64,000 nucleotides of DNA from Opitutales bacterium (GCA_965226885.1 CBDDEL010000010.1:1-64000); one strand, 5' to 3'. Positions 52,229-62,774 are shown, numbered from the stretch's first letter. Notes: generated from the letters alone by a model not told the origin. Numbers and translations are program-made.

Positions 52229-52528
52229 TGGAAATCGTCGCCTTGGTACGCCAATTACAACACCTTCTCGTGGCCCTGGATATTCCACGACGAGCACGGC
52301 TGGCAATTCGTTTTCGACGGCAGCACCGAGGAGGTCATTTTCCTATTCGACCTCGGTTTGCAGGAGTGAATATTTCTCAATGCAAACACCTATCGCTGGC
52401 AATTCCTTTTCAGCGACACCCCTGGCTGGATCTGGACCTTCGGCGACAACACCCACGACCGCAGATTCTTCCAAAGGCTCGACGACGGCAGCCTCTTCAG
52501 CATCCCGCCCGATCTGCCGGTGAAGTGA
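52229..52528 (+). pseudogene. 3' relic encoding the Trp-rich C-terminal domain
   Basis: WKSSPWYANYNTFSWPWIFHDEHGWQ...QE*IFLN...DDGSLFSIPPDLPVK*; TGA at 52367. Confidence 0.8.
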
Positions 52529-52579
52529 GGAAAGCAGAAGCCAGGAGTCATTAGTGTCGAGTCCTGACGGCTGTTTCCG

Positions 52580-54019
52580 CTAGATCAACTTTGTGGGGTC
52601 GATTTTCTGGACTTCGCGGAAGTGCCCTTTTAATTGTTCCGCAATAATTTTTTTGGTCGATTTGGGTATTTCTGCTATCAGGTCTTCCAGTTCGGGTGGG
52701 GTTTGGGGCAAAACTAATTCATCTTCGGCGGTGGTTTCTTCAGGCGCTTCCTCGACCTTCATTTCCTCTGGAAGTGGTTCGAATTCCGGCTCTGGCGAGG
52801 TTTTCTTTTCCGCCGCCGGTGGGGGTTGGTTGTAAGAAGATTCGGGAGGGGCAGATGGTGGTGTTGCTTCAGCTACTTTTTTTTTTGGCGTGCCCTTACC
52901 TTCGGGTAAGTCATGGGCCAGGTCGGTAATTTGACGGATTAGTGTGTCGATGGCTCGCGCGCGGCTGGCTTCGACGGCGCTGAGAAGGGCGACCTCGAAA
53001 TTGACCTTCTCGCTGAGGCCCATTTTTACCGATTGCTCCCCTTCCCGCAGGGCTTCCAGCATGCGCATGAGCTCTTCCGTTGTCAAAGCCCGGCCGAGGC
53101 TCTCGGTGGAGCCGTTTTGGCGAACCGCTTCGAGCAACGCATTTCGGGTCAGGGCTTGCAGGTCGAGCAGCGTTCGGTAGAGGTCGCGGCCTTCCCGGTC
53201 GAGTTCCTCCACCAGTTCCATGATGCGCTTGTAATCCCCTGCCGCCACCGCCTGGGCCAAAGATGCTACCGTTTGTGGCGGGGCCAGGCCATAAACGTCG
53301 AGAATATCCTGTTCCTCAATCGTATCGCCGCAAAAGGAGATCATCTGGTCGAGGATGGATTGGGCGTCGCGCATGCCGCCGTTGGCCAGGCGGGCAATGG
53401 TTTGCAATGCCTCGTCTGCCACCGAAATATTCTCCGTTTGGGCAATGCTCGATAGTTTGGCCGCAATAACGGCATCGGAAATGGGTCGAAAAGCGAATCG
53501 TTGGCAGCGGGAGACGATGGTGGGCAGAACTTTTTGCGCTTCGGTGGTGGCAAAAATGAAAATGACATGCGAGGGGGGCTCCTCCAGGGTTTTTAAAAGA
53601 GCGTTGAAGGCTGCATTGGAGAGCATGTGCACCTCGTCGATAATGTAAATTTTGTAGCGTCCGCGGGTGGGCGCATACTGGCAGTCCTCCCGCAGCTCGC
53701 GCACCTGCTCGACGGAGTTGTTGGAGGCTCCGTCGATCTCAATCACATCGAGTGAATTTCCGGCCGTAATTTCCTGGCATGCGGGGCATTCATTGCAGGG
53801 AGTGACGGTGGGCCCCCGCTCACAGTTGAGGGCCTTGGCAAAGAGCCGGGCCATGCTTGTTTTCCCCGTGCCCCTAGGCCCTACCAGCATGTAAGCGTGG
53901 GCGATGCGCTGCCCACTGATGGCATTTTTCAGCGTGCGCACAATATAATCCTGCCCCACCAGCTCGTCGAACTGCTGAGGGCGCCAGCGGCGCGCAATTA
54001 CCTGATACCCCGTATTCAT
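52580..54019 (-). CDS. dnaX: DNA polymerase III subunit gamma/tau
   Basis: [34 protein letters not shown]. Confidence 0.97.
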   Translation of the reverse strand: MNTGYQVIARRWRPQQFDELVGQDYIVRTLKNAISGQRIAHAYMLVGPRGTGKTSMARLFAKALNCERGPTVTPCNECPACQEITAGNSLDVIEIDGASNNSVEQVRELREDCQYAPTRGRYKIYIIDEVHMLSNAAFNALLKTLEEPPSHVIFIFATTEAQKVLPTIVSRCQRFAFRPISDAVIAAKLSSIAQTENISVADEALQTIARLANGGMRDAQSILDQMISFCGDTIEEQDILDVYGLAPPQTVASLAQAVAAGDYKRIMELVEELDREGRDLYRTLLDLQALTRNALLEAVRQNGSTESLGRALTTEELMRMLEALREGEQSVKMGLSEKVNFEVALLSAVEASRARAIDTLIRQITDLAHDLPEGKGTPKKKVAEATPPSAPPESSYNQPPPAAEKKTSPEPEFEPLPEEMKVEEAPEETTAEDELVLPQTPPELEDLIAEIPKSTKKIIAEQLKGHFREVQKIDPTKLI

Positions 54020-54097
54020 TTTTACAATTTTTACAAAGAGATATAGTTAAATTAGCAAGACGGAAGATTGCAAAATTTATTTAGGCCCAACTCGATT

Positions 54098-54141
54098 TTA
54101 ATAACCACGACGGCATAAATTAATAACCACAACGGCATAAA
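54098..54141. repeat. 22-bp tandem duplication between ffs and dnaX
   Basis: TTAATAACCAC(G/A)ACGGCATAAA x2. Confidence 0.85.
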
Positions 54142-54210
54142 ATTAGGGATTATATTTTAATTTTTCTACTATGCCCGAACATCACGCATCAAATAAATCG
54201 TACAGAAAAA

Positions 54211-54308
54211 AGGCCAGGCACCCTACGGCACACGCAAATCCTGGCTACCGTTGCTCCCTTCCGGGCCTGGCGGAGTTCACCGGTCTGTCGTTGCATAGGA
54301 CCCGGCCT
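54211..54308 (-). ncRNA. ffs: Small bacterial SRP RNA (4.5S)
   Basis: Minus strand has GCCAGGCCCGGAAGGGAGCAACGG helix-8 motif, paired ends AGGCCGGG/CCTGGCCT; upstream of dnaX. Confidence 0.93.
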
Positions 54309-57260
54309 TTATATTGCAAATATGCCTATAGAGACGAAAATGGCAAATAAAAATTGCCTATTTTATTTCGATGGGAGGGTCGGGGTTCGACGCCTCCTCA
54401 AGGTTCCAACGCGGGGGCCAGGACCAAACGGAAGCCGACCAGGTTGCTGGCGGTGTCGGGTTTCAGGCGTTGGCGGGCGGCACTGCGGCATTGATGGGCG
54501 AAGCTGCTCCAGCTGCCCCCACGGTAAACTTTATCGCTGCCTTCGACCGGACCGGACCAGTTCTCCACCATCCCCCCTGGGTAGCGGGAGTTAAAATTGT
54601 CCCAACACCACTCGCCGGCATTGCCGTGCATATCGTAAATGCCCCAGGGGTTGGCTGCATAAGAACCCACTGGAACGGTTCCATACTTTTCAGCGCCGAG
54701 GTGCAGGGTTTCACCATATTCGCGAGGGTAGCCACCCTTGAAATTGCCGAGCTTTTGATCGGCCCGTTGGCCAAATGAATAGGGGGTGCCGGTTCCCGCC
54801 CGGCAGGCGTACTCCCACTCTGCCTCGGTTGGCAGGCGGTAGTTATAGTTTTCGGGGAGCCGCCCGGCACTTTCCTCAGTTTGGTTGATTTTTCGACAAT
54901 ACTCCGCCGCCTGCCGCCAGTTGACGTGATCCACCGGGTGTTTGAGGCCCTTAAATTCGCTCGGATTTTTTCCCATGATTTTTTGGTAATCACTTTGCGT
55001 GACTTCGTAATGAGCCATCCAGTATCCGCCTGGAAATTTTACAGTTGTGGCGGGACCTTCATTGGGCAGGCGGGACTGTTCCTGGGCTGGACTGCCCAGG
55101 CGCACTTCTCCAGGTTCTATCCAGGCCATGGTCGTTCCAATATAGGGGATGGTCCAGTCTTTGGTTGATTCCGGGCCGGGAATGGGTTTTGCCTCCACTT
55201 TCCAGGATTGCTCTTCATTGGCCGCGAACCTCATTTTTCGCCTGATCGAGAGATGATCGGGTATTTGCACTTCCACATTGAGTTCCCGCTCAGCCGGGAT
55301 TTCAAAAATTTCTCCCTTATGGGTTACCGTTACGCCATCGGCGACGACTGAGAAAGGATGCTCCGAATCGAGTATGACCTTGAGCCGCCCCGGGCGAGCA
55401 GCCAATTCGGCTTTTACGATCGTTGTGCGCCTATCGGCAACTCTCACTTTCTGGTCCCACACAAAATAATCGGGATGTTCGATTTCCAGACTCTGGTTGC
55501 CTTCGTAAACTTCATCCAGCCGCCCGCTAGGCTCCTTAAAGGTTTTTCCGGCCACTCGGTATTCCACCTGGGCCAATTTTTCCAGCGTGGCGCCGCCTTG
55601 AAAAGACAACTGCACATCTAGGATACCGGCTTTTCGCACCAATTGGCCCAAATCGAGCGAATCGTCATAACCCGAAGGCAGAGTCATGGTAAGTTTCTGG
55701 GGCCGATAGTTTTGCAAAGCGATTTCCAGGGACAGGGGCGTCTCCACATCCAGTTCATCCAGATTTAATGGGGTTTTTCCCATATTCGTCCCATCGAGGA
55801 ACACATCCGCGCCATCGGGTTGGGTCAGGACAAGAATTTTACCCGGCGCCGGTTCCAGCACCACTTCCTGGATAACCAGTTTACTGAAAGGTAAGTCAAT
55901 ATCCTTCAAGAGAGTAGTTTTGTATTTGGGCCGCGAGACCTCCAGGGAGTAAATGCCTTTGTAGAGAATCCGTTCCGCCCTGATGATGCCATTGGCAGGG
56001 ACTTGCCCCAGATCAATCCGCTCTCCTGATTCCCGGATGGCGACAACTTGCGCACCGGGATCGGTTTTTACCTCCAGCAGGCTCCAAAACGGCTCCAGGT
56101 CGAGAGTAATTTCCATCGGCGCACGACTTATCTCGATGGTATAGGTTCTCGGCCGGTGGTCTGTGGCGGACCCCCTTACGGTGTATTCTCCGTGCGGCAT
56201 GGTTACCTGGAGATTACCGTCGGGCACCACGAAACTGGATTCTCCTTTGCCCTTGCCTGAAAAAATAACCCTCGATATGGCCGGGGTAATGGTCATCGAG
56301 TAAAGCGGTGTTTGCCCTTCGGCCACTCTTTTTACCATGGGTCCAACCGCTTGTTCTTCATCTGAAAATAGAATATTGAAACAAAAGTTGCTGGCTGCGA
56401 TAATAAGGGCTGCAAATATCCCCAGGATGCCCAGTCGCAGATATTTCAGTTTTTCCGGGTCCAGTTTCCTTGCGATCGCTTTGGGAACCGGTATTTTCTC
56501 AATTCTTTTGGTGATGCCGGTATCATCTACGGCCTTGATTTTTTCTTTTCCCAATCGATCGATGGCAGCGGAAAAGCCTTTTGCATCTTTGTAGCGGTCG
56601 GCCGGATCGGCTTCCAAGCAACGGCCGATTACTCTGTCCCAACCGTGCGGAATGGCGGCCGAATACTGCGTAGGCGGTTTGTAGGCCGGGTTGTCCTGGC
56701 CCGACGGCCCCGAGGGTTTGCGACCCGTCAAAAGGTAAAAGGCGGTTAAGCCCAGGGAGTAGATATCGCTTATGCGGCCAGCATCACTGCCAGCTAATAT
56801 TTCAGGGGGCAGGTAGGGACCGGTATTGATCCGAACCTTGTGCAGTCCCACAGTCCCATATTGAATGGAATGATCTCGGACGAAGATAGTTTTATTAACA
56901 AATCCCTATTGGTCATCTGGAACAATCCGAATCCAGATACTTTAATTTCGCCCGCCGAAGTCCGAATAAGGTGGGTGGGATTAAAAGAATTATGGTATAT
57001 TTGGGATGAATGGGCGGCCTGAAAAGCGTCGGTTATCTGCTTGATGATTTTGTTTGCGTGAGCCACCGGCAGCCCGAAAGCGAAATCGCGAAAGACATCC
57101 ACCGCGTGTAAAAGGGAAGGCTCGGCCCCAACCGAAGCGCCTGAGATTTGCTGCTGTTGTTTGATGAAATTCTGCAAGTATTCGCAAATGTTTTCCCCCT
57201 CCACCGGATCCATCATCAAACAGCAGCGATCCTTGATTTCGATGGCATCGGTGACCTTTA

Positions 57261-58392
57261 ATACCAAATCTCATTAGGTATGATAATAAGTTATTTGGCA
57301 GAAGCGTTTGCTTGAATGTGCTGCCAGCCTCCGCCAACTAAAGAGAGGACTTTTTCAGTGTCCTCCCACCAGTCTTTGAGATGGGTTGCGACGACTTCTT
57401 CGAGTCGCTCAATGCTCGGCCACAGTTTGTTGGCCGTTTGATCCTGTATCATATCCCAAAGTCTTTCAATCGGGTTGAGTTCAGGACTATACGGCGGCAA
57501 ATTCACGATATGTATGCCCGGGGGGACGTTGGGGTGCTCCGAGTCGTGCGGATGGAAGCCTGCCCCGTCCCATACAACCACATGTTCCTCCTCAGGATAT
57601 TGCTTTTTGATCTGTTGGAGGAAAGCCTCCGTCCACTGTAGATTCGTGCTAGGGGTTTGGATGCATACCATCTCGCCGTTGACCACGTCGAGGGCTCCGT
57701 AACAGTAGCTCCACTGGTATCTTGTCTGATATTTTTTGTGCGGCCGAAGCCCTCTTTGCGTCCAGCACCGGCGGTACACCGGAAGCAAACCAAAACGGCT
57801 TTCATCGGCAAACCACACCCGAACCCGATTGCCTCGGGTGAGGGAAAGCTCCTGGAGGATCTTAAAAAAGTCTCGCTTGAACGCTTCCGCTTTTGCCGAG
57901 TCCCGTTTCTCATGCACGGGGCGAGGGACTCGAAGCACCCCGGCGCATTTTTTTAGCCATCGCCACACCGTCTTGTAGGCGAAGGAGCGCCCGAAATGTC
58001 GCTCCAGCTCTTGCCCCGCCTGAACGGCTGTGTTCCAGCGCGCGACCTTCAAACCATTGAGCAAGAAGGCCTCCACCTCTTTGTCGCAACGGCTTTTGAT
58101 CCCGCCTTTGTAGGCGCGTGTAAGCACCGCCCCGAGCCCTGCAGCACGATATTTGTCAAACCAACGCTGGATCGTCGCTTTGCCTCGGCCCACGATGGCT
58201 CCAATTTCATCAATGCTGTGGTGCGGCTGGAAGCCCATTTTTAATGCCACCAAACGCTCTTTACGCCAGCCGACAGCCTCTTTGTTGAGCAATTTCTTGA
58301 TACGTTCACGGTCTTCATCGGTTCCCATATATCTTCTCATTCCGCCTTTATAGCTGTTTTTTAATCTTTATCAATCCTTTTGCGATTTGGTA
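57261..58392 (-). mobile_element. IS630-family element
   Basis: IRs TACCAAATC/GATTTGGTA, TA duplication; removal restores the kinase frame. Confidence 0.93.
57291..58340 (-). CDS. IS630 transposase
   Basis: FADESRFG, VWDGAGFH, YSPELNPIE. Confidence 0.93.
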   Translation of the reverse strand: MRRYMGTDEDRERIKKLLNKEAVGWRKERLVALKMGFQPHHSIDEIGAIVGRGKATIQRWFDKYRAAGLGAVLTRAYKGGIKSRCDKEVEAFLLNGLKVARWNTAVQAGQELERHFGRSFAYKTVWRWLKKCAGVLRVPRPVHEKRDSAKAEAFKRDFFKILQELSLTRGNRVRVWFADESRFGLLPVYRRCWTQRGLRPHKKYQTRYQWSYCYGALDVVNGEMVCIQTPSTNLQWTEAFLQQIKKQYPEEEHVVVWDGAGFHPHDSEHPNVPPGIHIVNLPPYSPELNPIERLWDMIQDQTANKLWPSIERLEEVVATHLKDWWEDTEKVLSLVGGGWQHIQANASAK

Positions 58393-58814
58393 TAATATAT
58401 TCGGGTGATCAAGCTGGGTGAGGGCCTCCATCTGCTGCTCCAATAGCTCGGCAAAGCCGGGAGCCTGGCTTATTTTCGAGTGCAGGACGGTCATGCACAC
58501 TTCATTGAATTGAAAGATGTTCTGCATGCGGTAAACCCCGCCCAGCAGATCGAAGCTTAGGCAATTCATGACCTGGTAATCACCAAATTTCTCCCCCGGG
58601 GAAAGAAATTCGCCTTCCAGAGAAATCTCGTTCAGCGGCTCCTCGCCGTGTTCCTGTTCCGAATCCATAACTTGTAGGTTTAGATAATCCTTAGCCCCAA
58701 ATTTATCAATGGCAAGAAGGCAAATTCAATTTTCCGCTCCCGGTTCGCAGCGTTCGACTCTCCCGGCGTTGAAATTTCCATCATGGGGATGAGAATTATT
58801 CCAATCTGTGGAGT

Positions 58815-59387
58815 TCAAGGTTCTTCCGGTGAGGTTCTTTCGAAAAGATCAATTATGGGGGCGATGATTTTCTCCACGCTGCTGAGTTTGCCTTTGCCCT
58901 CGTAGCCGCAGGCCAGGAGGCCCTGGTCGGGCTCGATGATGATGTGGTTGCGGTCTCTTAAAAGTTTGAGGTTATGCCTGGTTGCCGGGTGGTCGAGCAT
59001 TTTCCCGTTCATGGCCGGCGCGATCATGACCGGCGCCTTGGTGGCCAGATAGATGGAGCCGAGAAGATCGGGCGCCAGGCCAAGCGCGAAACAGGCGATG
59101 GTATGAGCCGTGGCCGGAGCCACCAGAAGCAAATCCGCTTTGTCCGCCAGCTCGATATGCCCCGGCTGCCAGCCCCGGCCCTCATCCCACAAATCGACTC
59201 CCACGGGATTTCGGCTGAGGGTTTGCAAGGTCAGCGGCGCCAGGAACCGTGTGGCCTCTTTGGTCATGACGGCATGCACGTCGGCCCCCAGTTTGACTAA
59301 CTGGCTGGCTATGTCCGCTGCTTTGTAGGCGGCAATCGATCCTGTCACCCCCAGAACGATGAGTTTATTTTCAAGTGGCTCTTCCAT
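58815..59387 (-). CDS. coaC: Phosphopantothenoylcysteine decarboxylase (stand-alone flavoprotein)
   Basis: GVTGSIAAYK, HIEL, APATA, PAMN, LACGYEGKGK. Confidence 0.88.
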   Translation of the reverse strand: MEEPLENKLIVLGVTGSIAAYKAADIASQLVKLGADVHAVMTKEATRFLAPLTLQTLSRNPVGVDLWDEGRGWQPGHIELADKADLLLVAPATAHTIACFALGLAPDLLGSIYLATKAPVMIAPAMNGKMLDHPATRHNLKLLRDRNHIIIEPDQGLLACGYEGKGKLSSVEKIIAPIIDLFERTSPEEP

Positions 59388-59632
59388 TTATAAAGTAACC
59401 GAAAACCCGGCAAGCCATCAAATGACCGGCAGGCATAATCACTCCCAGGAGCTGGAAAGTAAAGGAGCTTCTACTGCAACTTTTAATAGTAACCGGTACT
59501 AATATCTGAATCTATCATTATTAAAGGAAAAATTTAGTTACCTATGTGATTATAAAAAAGGAATTGGCCTGAAGAGCTTGACAGATGCGCCGATATAGGA
59601 CACATAGTCCTCCCATAGCTTTTATAATACCT

Positions 59633-59692
59633 ATGATCGCCAATCAAAAATGGCTCCTCGCGCTTAGCGCAACTCTGCGGCTCCTCCCCTGA
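59633..59692 (+). promoter_or_regulatory. Putative Leu-rich attenuator leader peptide
   Basis: MIANQKWLLALSATLRLLP* (6 Leu of 19) about 180 bp before leuA; TTGACA at 59578. Confidence 0.55.
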
Positions 59693-59870
59693 GGGGGATA
59701 GCTTCGTATTTTATTTATAGGTTTGGTTTTCTATCTTTCGCGGCGTGTTTGCCCATGCGGTGATTCCTCGCGCCCATAAACCGAAATCGATTCACCTTTC
59801 GTTTTTAACTTTTACTTCATTTTATTATTCAATTCCGGTTCTTTCCTGAACCGCCAGCCCGGACTAACCA

Positions 59871-61568
59871 ATGCAAAAAAATAATATAACCAAGTATCGG
59901 GCCTTTCCCGCTGTAGATTTGCCAGATCGTCAATGGCCTAGCCGAGCCATCGAAAAAGCGCCCACCTGGTGTAGTGTTGATCTGCGCGACGGCAACCAGG
60001 CCTTGGCCATACCCATGAATATCGAGGAGAAGCTTGAGATGTTTCAAACCTTGGTCCGCATCGGTTTCAAGGAGATCGAGGTCGGCTTTCCCTCCGCTTC
60101 GGATACCGAGTTTGCTTTTGCCCGGCATCTCATTGAGAACGATCTCATCCCCCCCGATGTCTCCATCCAGGTGCTCGTGCAAGCCCGCGAACACCTCATT
60201 CATCGTACCTTCGAAGCCATCCGGGGTGCCCGACAGGCCATTGTGCACCTTTACAACTCGATAAATCCTCTCCAGCGCCGGGTGACCTTTGGTTTGAGCA
60301 AGAATCAAATCAAGGAAATCGCCGTCAAGGGGACGCAATTAGTCAAAGAACTGGTTCCCACGGTGGGGGAAACGATCATCAGATACCAATATTCCCCGGA
60401 GAGTTTTTCCGATGCCGAGCTGGAATTTTCACTGGAGGTTTGCGAGGCGGTCATGGATGTTTGGGAGCCGACCGAGGAAGAGCCCATTATTTTAAACCTT
60501 CCGGCAACCGTGGAGCTGGCTACGCCCAATATTCATGCCGACCAGATCGAATGGTTTGGCCGTCATATGAATGAGCGCTCCAAGGCCATCATCAGCTTGC
60601 ATACGCACAATGACCGCGGGTGCGGGGTGGCCGCCACCGAATTGAGCCTCATGGCGGGAGCCCAAAGGGTCGAAGGGACGCTCTTCGGCAATGGCGAACG
60701 CACCGGCAATCTGGATGTCGTGACGGTGGCTCTTAATCTCTATACCCAGGGAATCAATCCAGGGCTGGATATTTCGGATATGAGCACGCTGCGCCGGACT
60801 TATGAACGGATCACCGGTATGACCGTTCATGAACGCCACCCTTATGCCGGCGACCTCGTTTTTACAGCCTTCAGCGGTTCCCACCAGGATGCCATCAAGA
60901 AAGGCATGGACCAGATGGACTCTTCTTCCGGAGCCCCTTGGCAGGTTCCCTACCTGCCCATTGATCCGGAGGATATCGGGCGCACCTACAAAGCCATCAT
61001 CCGCATCAACAGCCAAAGCGGTAAAGGCGGAGTGGCATTCATCATGGAACGGGAGTTGGGTCTCGAACTGCCCAAAAACATGCACCCGGAATTCAGCGCC
61101 GTAATCAATAAAATTGCCGATAGCGGAAGCAAGGAATTACAGCCCAATGAAATCAAGGAGGCCTTTTACCGGGAGTATCTCGATTTGAACGAGCCTCTGT
61201 CGCTAAACTCCTATCAAGTTTCGACGGCCCCGGACGACCACCGCCACATAACCTTTTCCGCCGAAATCGTTTTCCAGGCAGAGAAGAGGCAAATCGAGGG
61301 AAAAGGAAATGGGCCCATAGCGGCCTTGGTCGATGGTTTGGACCAGATCGGGTTGAAAAACTTTCACCTCACTGATTTTCGCCAACACGCCATTTCGACC
61401 GGTTCCTCGGCCGAAGCGGTCGCCTATATCCAGATCCAGGATGCCGGCAACGATGCCTTTACCTGGGGGGCCAGCATCGACAGCAATATCGAACTGGCAG
61501 GTTTAAAAGCATTGGTCAGCGCCTTCAACCGGGCCTGGGCAAAAGAAACGCATGGGGTAAACCCATAA
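59871..61568 (+). CDS. leuA: 2-isopropylmalate synthase (yeast/actinobacterial type)
   Basis: VDLRDGNQAL, HTHNDRG, GNGERTGN, AFSGSHQDAI, RINSQSGKGG. Confidence 0.96.
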   Translation: MQKNNITKYRAFPAVDLPDRQWPSRAIEKAPTWCSVDLRDGNQALAIPMNIEEKLEMFQTLVRIGFKEIEVGFPSASDTEFAFARHLIENDLIPPDVSIQVLVQAREHLIHRTFEAIRGARQAIVHLYNSINPLQRRVTFGLSKNQIKEIAVKGTQLVKELVPTVGETIIRYQYSPESFSDAELEFSLEVCEAVMDVWEPTEEEPIILNLPATVELATPNIHADQIEWFGRHMNERSKAIISLHTHNDRGCGVAATELSLMAGAQRVEGTLFGNGERTGNLDVVTVALNLYTQGINPGLDISDMSTLRRTYERITGMTVHERHPYAGDLVFTAFSGSHQDAIKKGMDQMDSSSGAPWQVPYLPIDPEDIGRTYKAIIRINSQSGKGGVAFIMERELGLELPKNMHPEFSAVINKIADSGSKELQPNEIKEAFYREYLDLNEPLSLNSYQVSTAPDDHRHITFSAEIVFQAEKRQIEGKGNGPIAALVDGLDQIGLKNFHLTDFRQHAISTGSSAEAVAYIQIQDAGNDAFTWGASIDSNIELAGLKALVSAFNRAWAKETHGVNP

Positions 61569-61582
61569 CAGAAAACAAAGCT

Positions 61583-61601
61583 GGGGCGGCAGGCCCGCCC
61601 C
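61583..61601. terminator. GC hairpin after leuA
   Basis: GGGGCGG-caggc-CCGCCCC; no U-tract on the plus strand. Confidence 0.35.
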
Positions 61602-61985
61602 CTGAATAATAGATCAAACCTCTAAACAATGCCGTCAGGGAATTACGAACAACCTTGCAAAATCTGGCCATATTTTCATTCTACCCAATCATTGACTGCG
61701 TGGACTCTGCCTACATTATTTTAGCACTTTAGAGAATGAACATGATCGATGCTCTTTATGAGATTGTGGAGTCACAATATTTCGATTCACGTGATTTCAT
61801 TACCCGGCTCATTGGCAGCCAAAGTAGGCACCGTTTCATTTCCCCCTTCCGGCAAACCAGCAGTATCAACCTGAACATTAAGCGTCGTTGAAGAACCTGA
61901 AACCACCGTCCCTTCAGAAATTTCCATTTTGACAACCGGCTCTTGTCAAGGAACCGATTTTGCGTAATATTGGGGAAAGCTTCCT

Positions 61986-62681
61986 ATGCCTTTAATCGTA
62001 TATTGCTTTTTCGCGACTTTGCTGACAGCCGTCTGGGGTTCGAAATTGGAAGGTTCTTACGAGGAAGAAAGGCGTAAAATGGTTTTCAGCCAGATTCAAC
62101 GCCGGGGGATTTCCGATCAAGCGACTCTCAAGGCCATGGGCAGAGTTCAGCGCCACCAATTCGTGCCCTCCGATCTGATAAAATTCGCCTACCATGACGG
62201 GCCCCTGAGGATTGGCTATGGGCAGACGATTTCCCAACCCTACATCGTCGCCTACATGACGGAAAAGCTCAAGCTACAGCCCGAACACCGGGTTCTCGAA
62301 ATCGGCACAGGTTCCGGCTATCAGGCAGCTGTTCTGGCCGAAATAGTGGACACCGTTTACACCGTGGAAATCATTCCCCAACTGGCCGCCCGCACCTCGG
62401 CCAAAATGCAATTATTAGGTTATAAAAACATCCATACCAGGCAGGTGGACGGGTTTCATGGGTGGGCCGAGGAGGCTCCATTCGACGCCATCATCGTCAC
62501 CGCGGCGGCCTCCTTTATCCCGCCGCCGCTTCTCGATCAGTTAAAAGAGGGCGGACGAATGATTATTCCGGTTGGTCCTTCCTTTGGGGCGCAGTATCTG
62601 TTGATTATTGTCAAAAAAAACGGCAAAATCCGCACTAAAACCGACATCCCCGTTCGTTTTGTGCCATTTACACGCAAATGA
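61986..62681 (+). CDS. pcm: Protein-L-isoaspartate O-methyltransferase (signal-like N-terminus)
   Basis: GQTISQP, VLEIGTGSGY, APFDAIIVTAA, RFVP. Confidence 0.93.
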   Translation: MPLIVYCFFATLLTAVWGSKLEGSYEEERRKMVFSQIQRRGISDQATLKAMGRVQRHQFVPSDLIKFAYHDGPLRIGYGQTISQPYIVAYMTEKLKLQPEHRVLEIGTGSGYQAAVLAEIVDTVYTVEIIPQLAARTSAKMQLLGYKNIHTRQVDGFHGWAEEAPFDAIIVTAAASFIPPPLLDQLKEGGRMIIPVGPSFGAQYLLIIVKKNGKIRTKTDIPVRFVPFTRK

Positions 62682-62774
62682 ACCTGAAGATTGGCCGGGT
62701 GTAGGGTTAGCGTGAAACGGGTTATGGATGGGAAGAATCCAAGAATTGCATCCATATCATCGTAAGGAAGGAAG

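Larger units (their letters stand above)
54398..58668 (-). pseudogene. Ser/Thr kinase-like + TM + PEGA + FGE-sulfatase (SUMF1) domain protein, doubly disrupted
   Basis: IS630 insertion in HPNIL|KV; 8-bp duplication at 56843-56858; RLPTEAEWEYACRAG, DMHGN, RGGSW, GFR. Confidence 0.88.

Noticed and set aside
28069..52369. UGA-to-Trp recoding, suggested by in-frame TGA at likely Trp positions (28069, 52367)
   Set aside because: Many intact genes end in TGA (e.g. 13197, 35685, 48707, 62681), Trp is otherwise TGG, and a TAG nonsense also occurs; simple TGG>TGA transitions explain it
54098..54141. CRISPR array
   Set aside because: Only two adjacent units, no spacers, no cas genes in the window
58740..58770. 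tRNA (GTTCGACTC T-loop-like motif)
   Set aside because: No T-stem pairing or cloverleaf can be built
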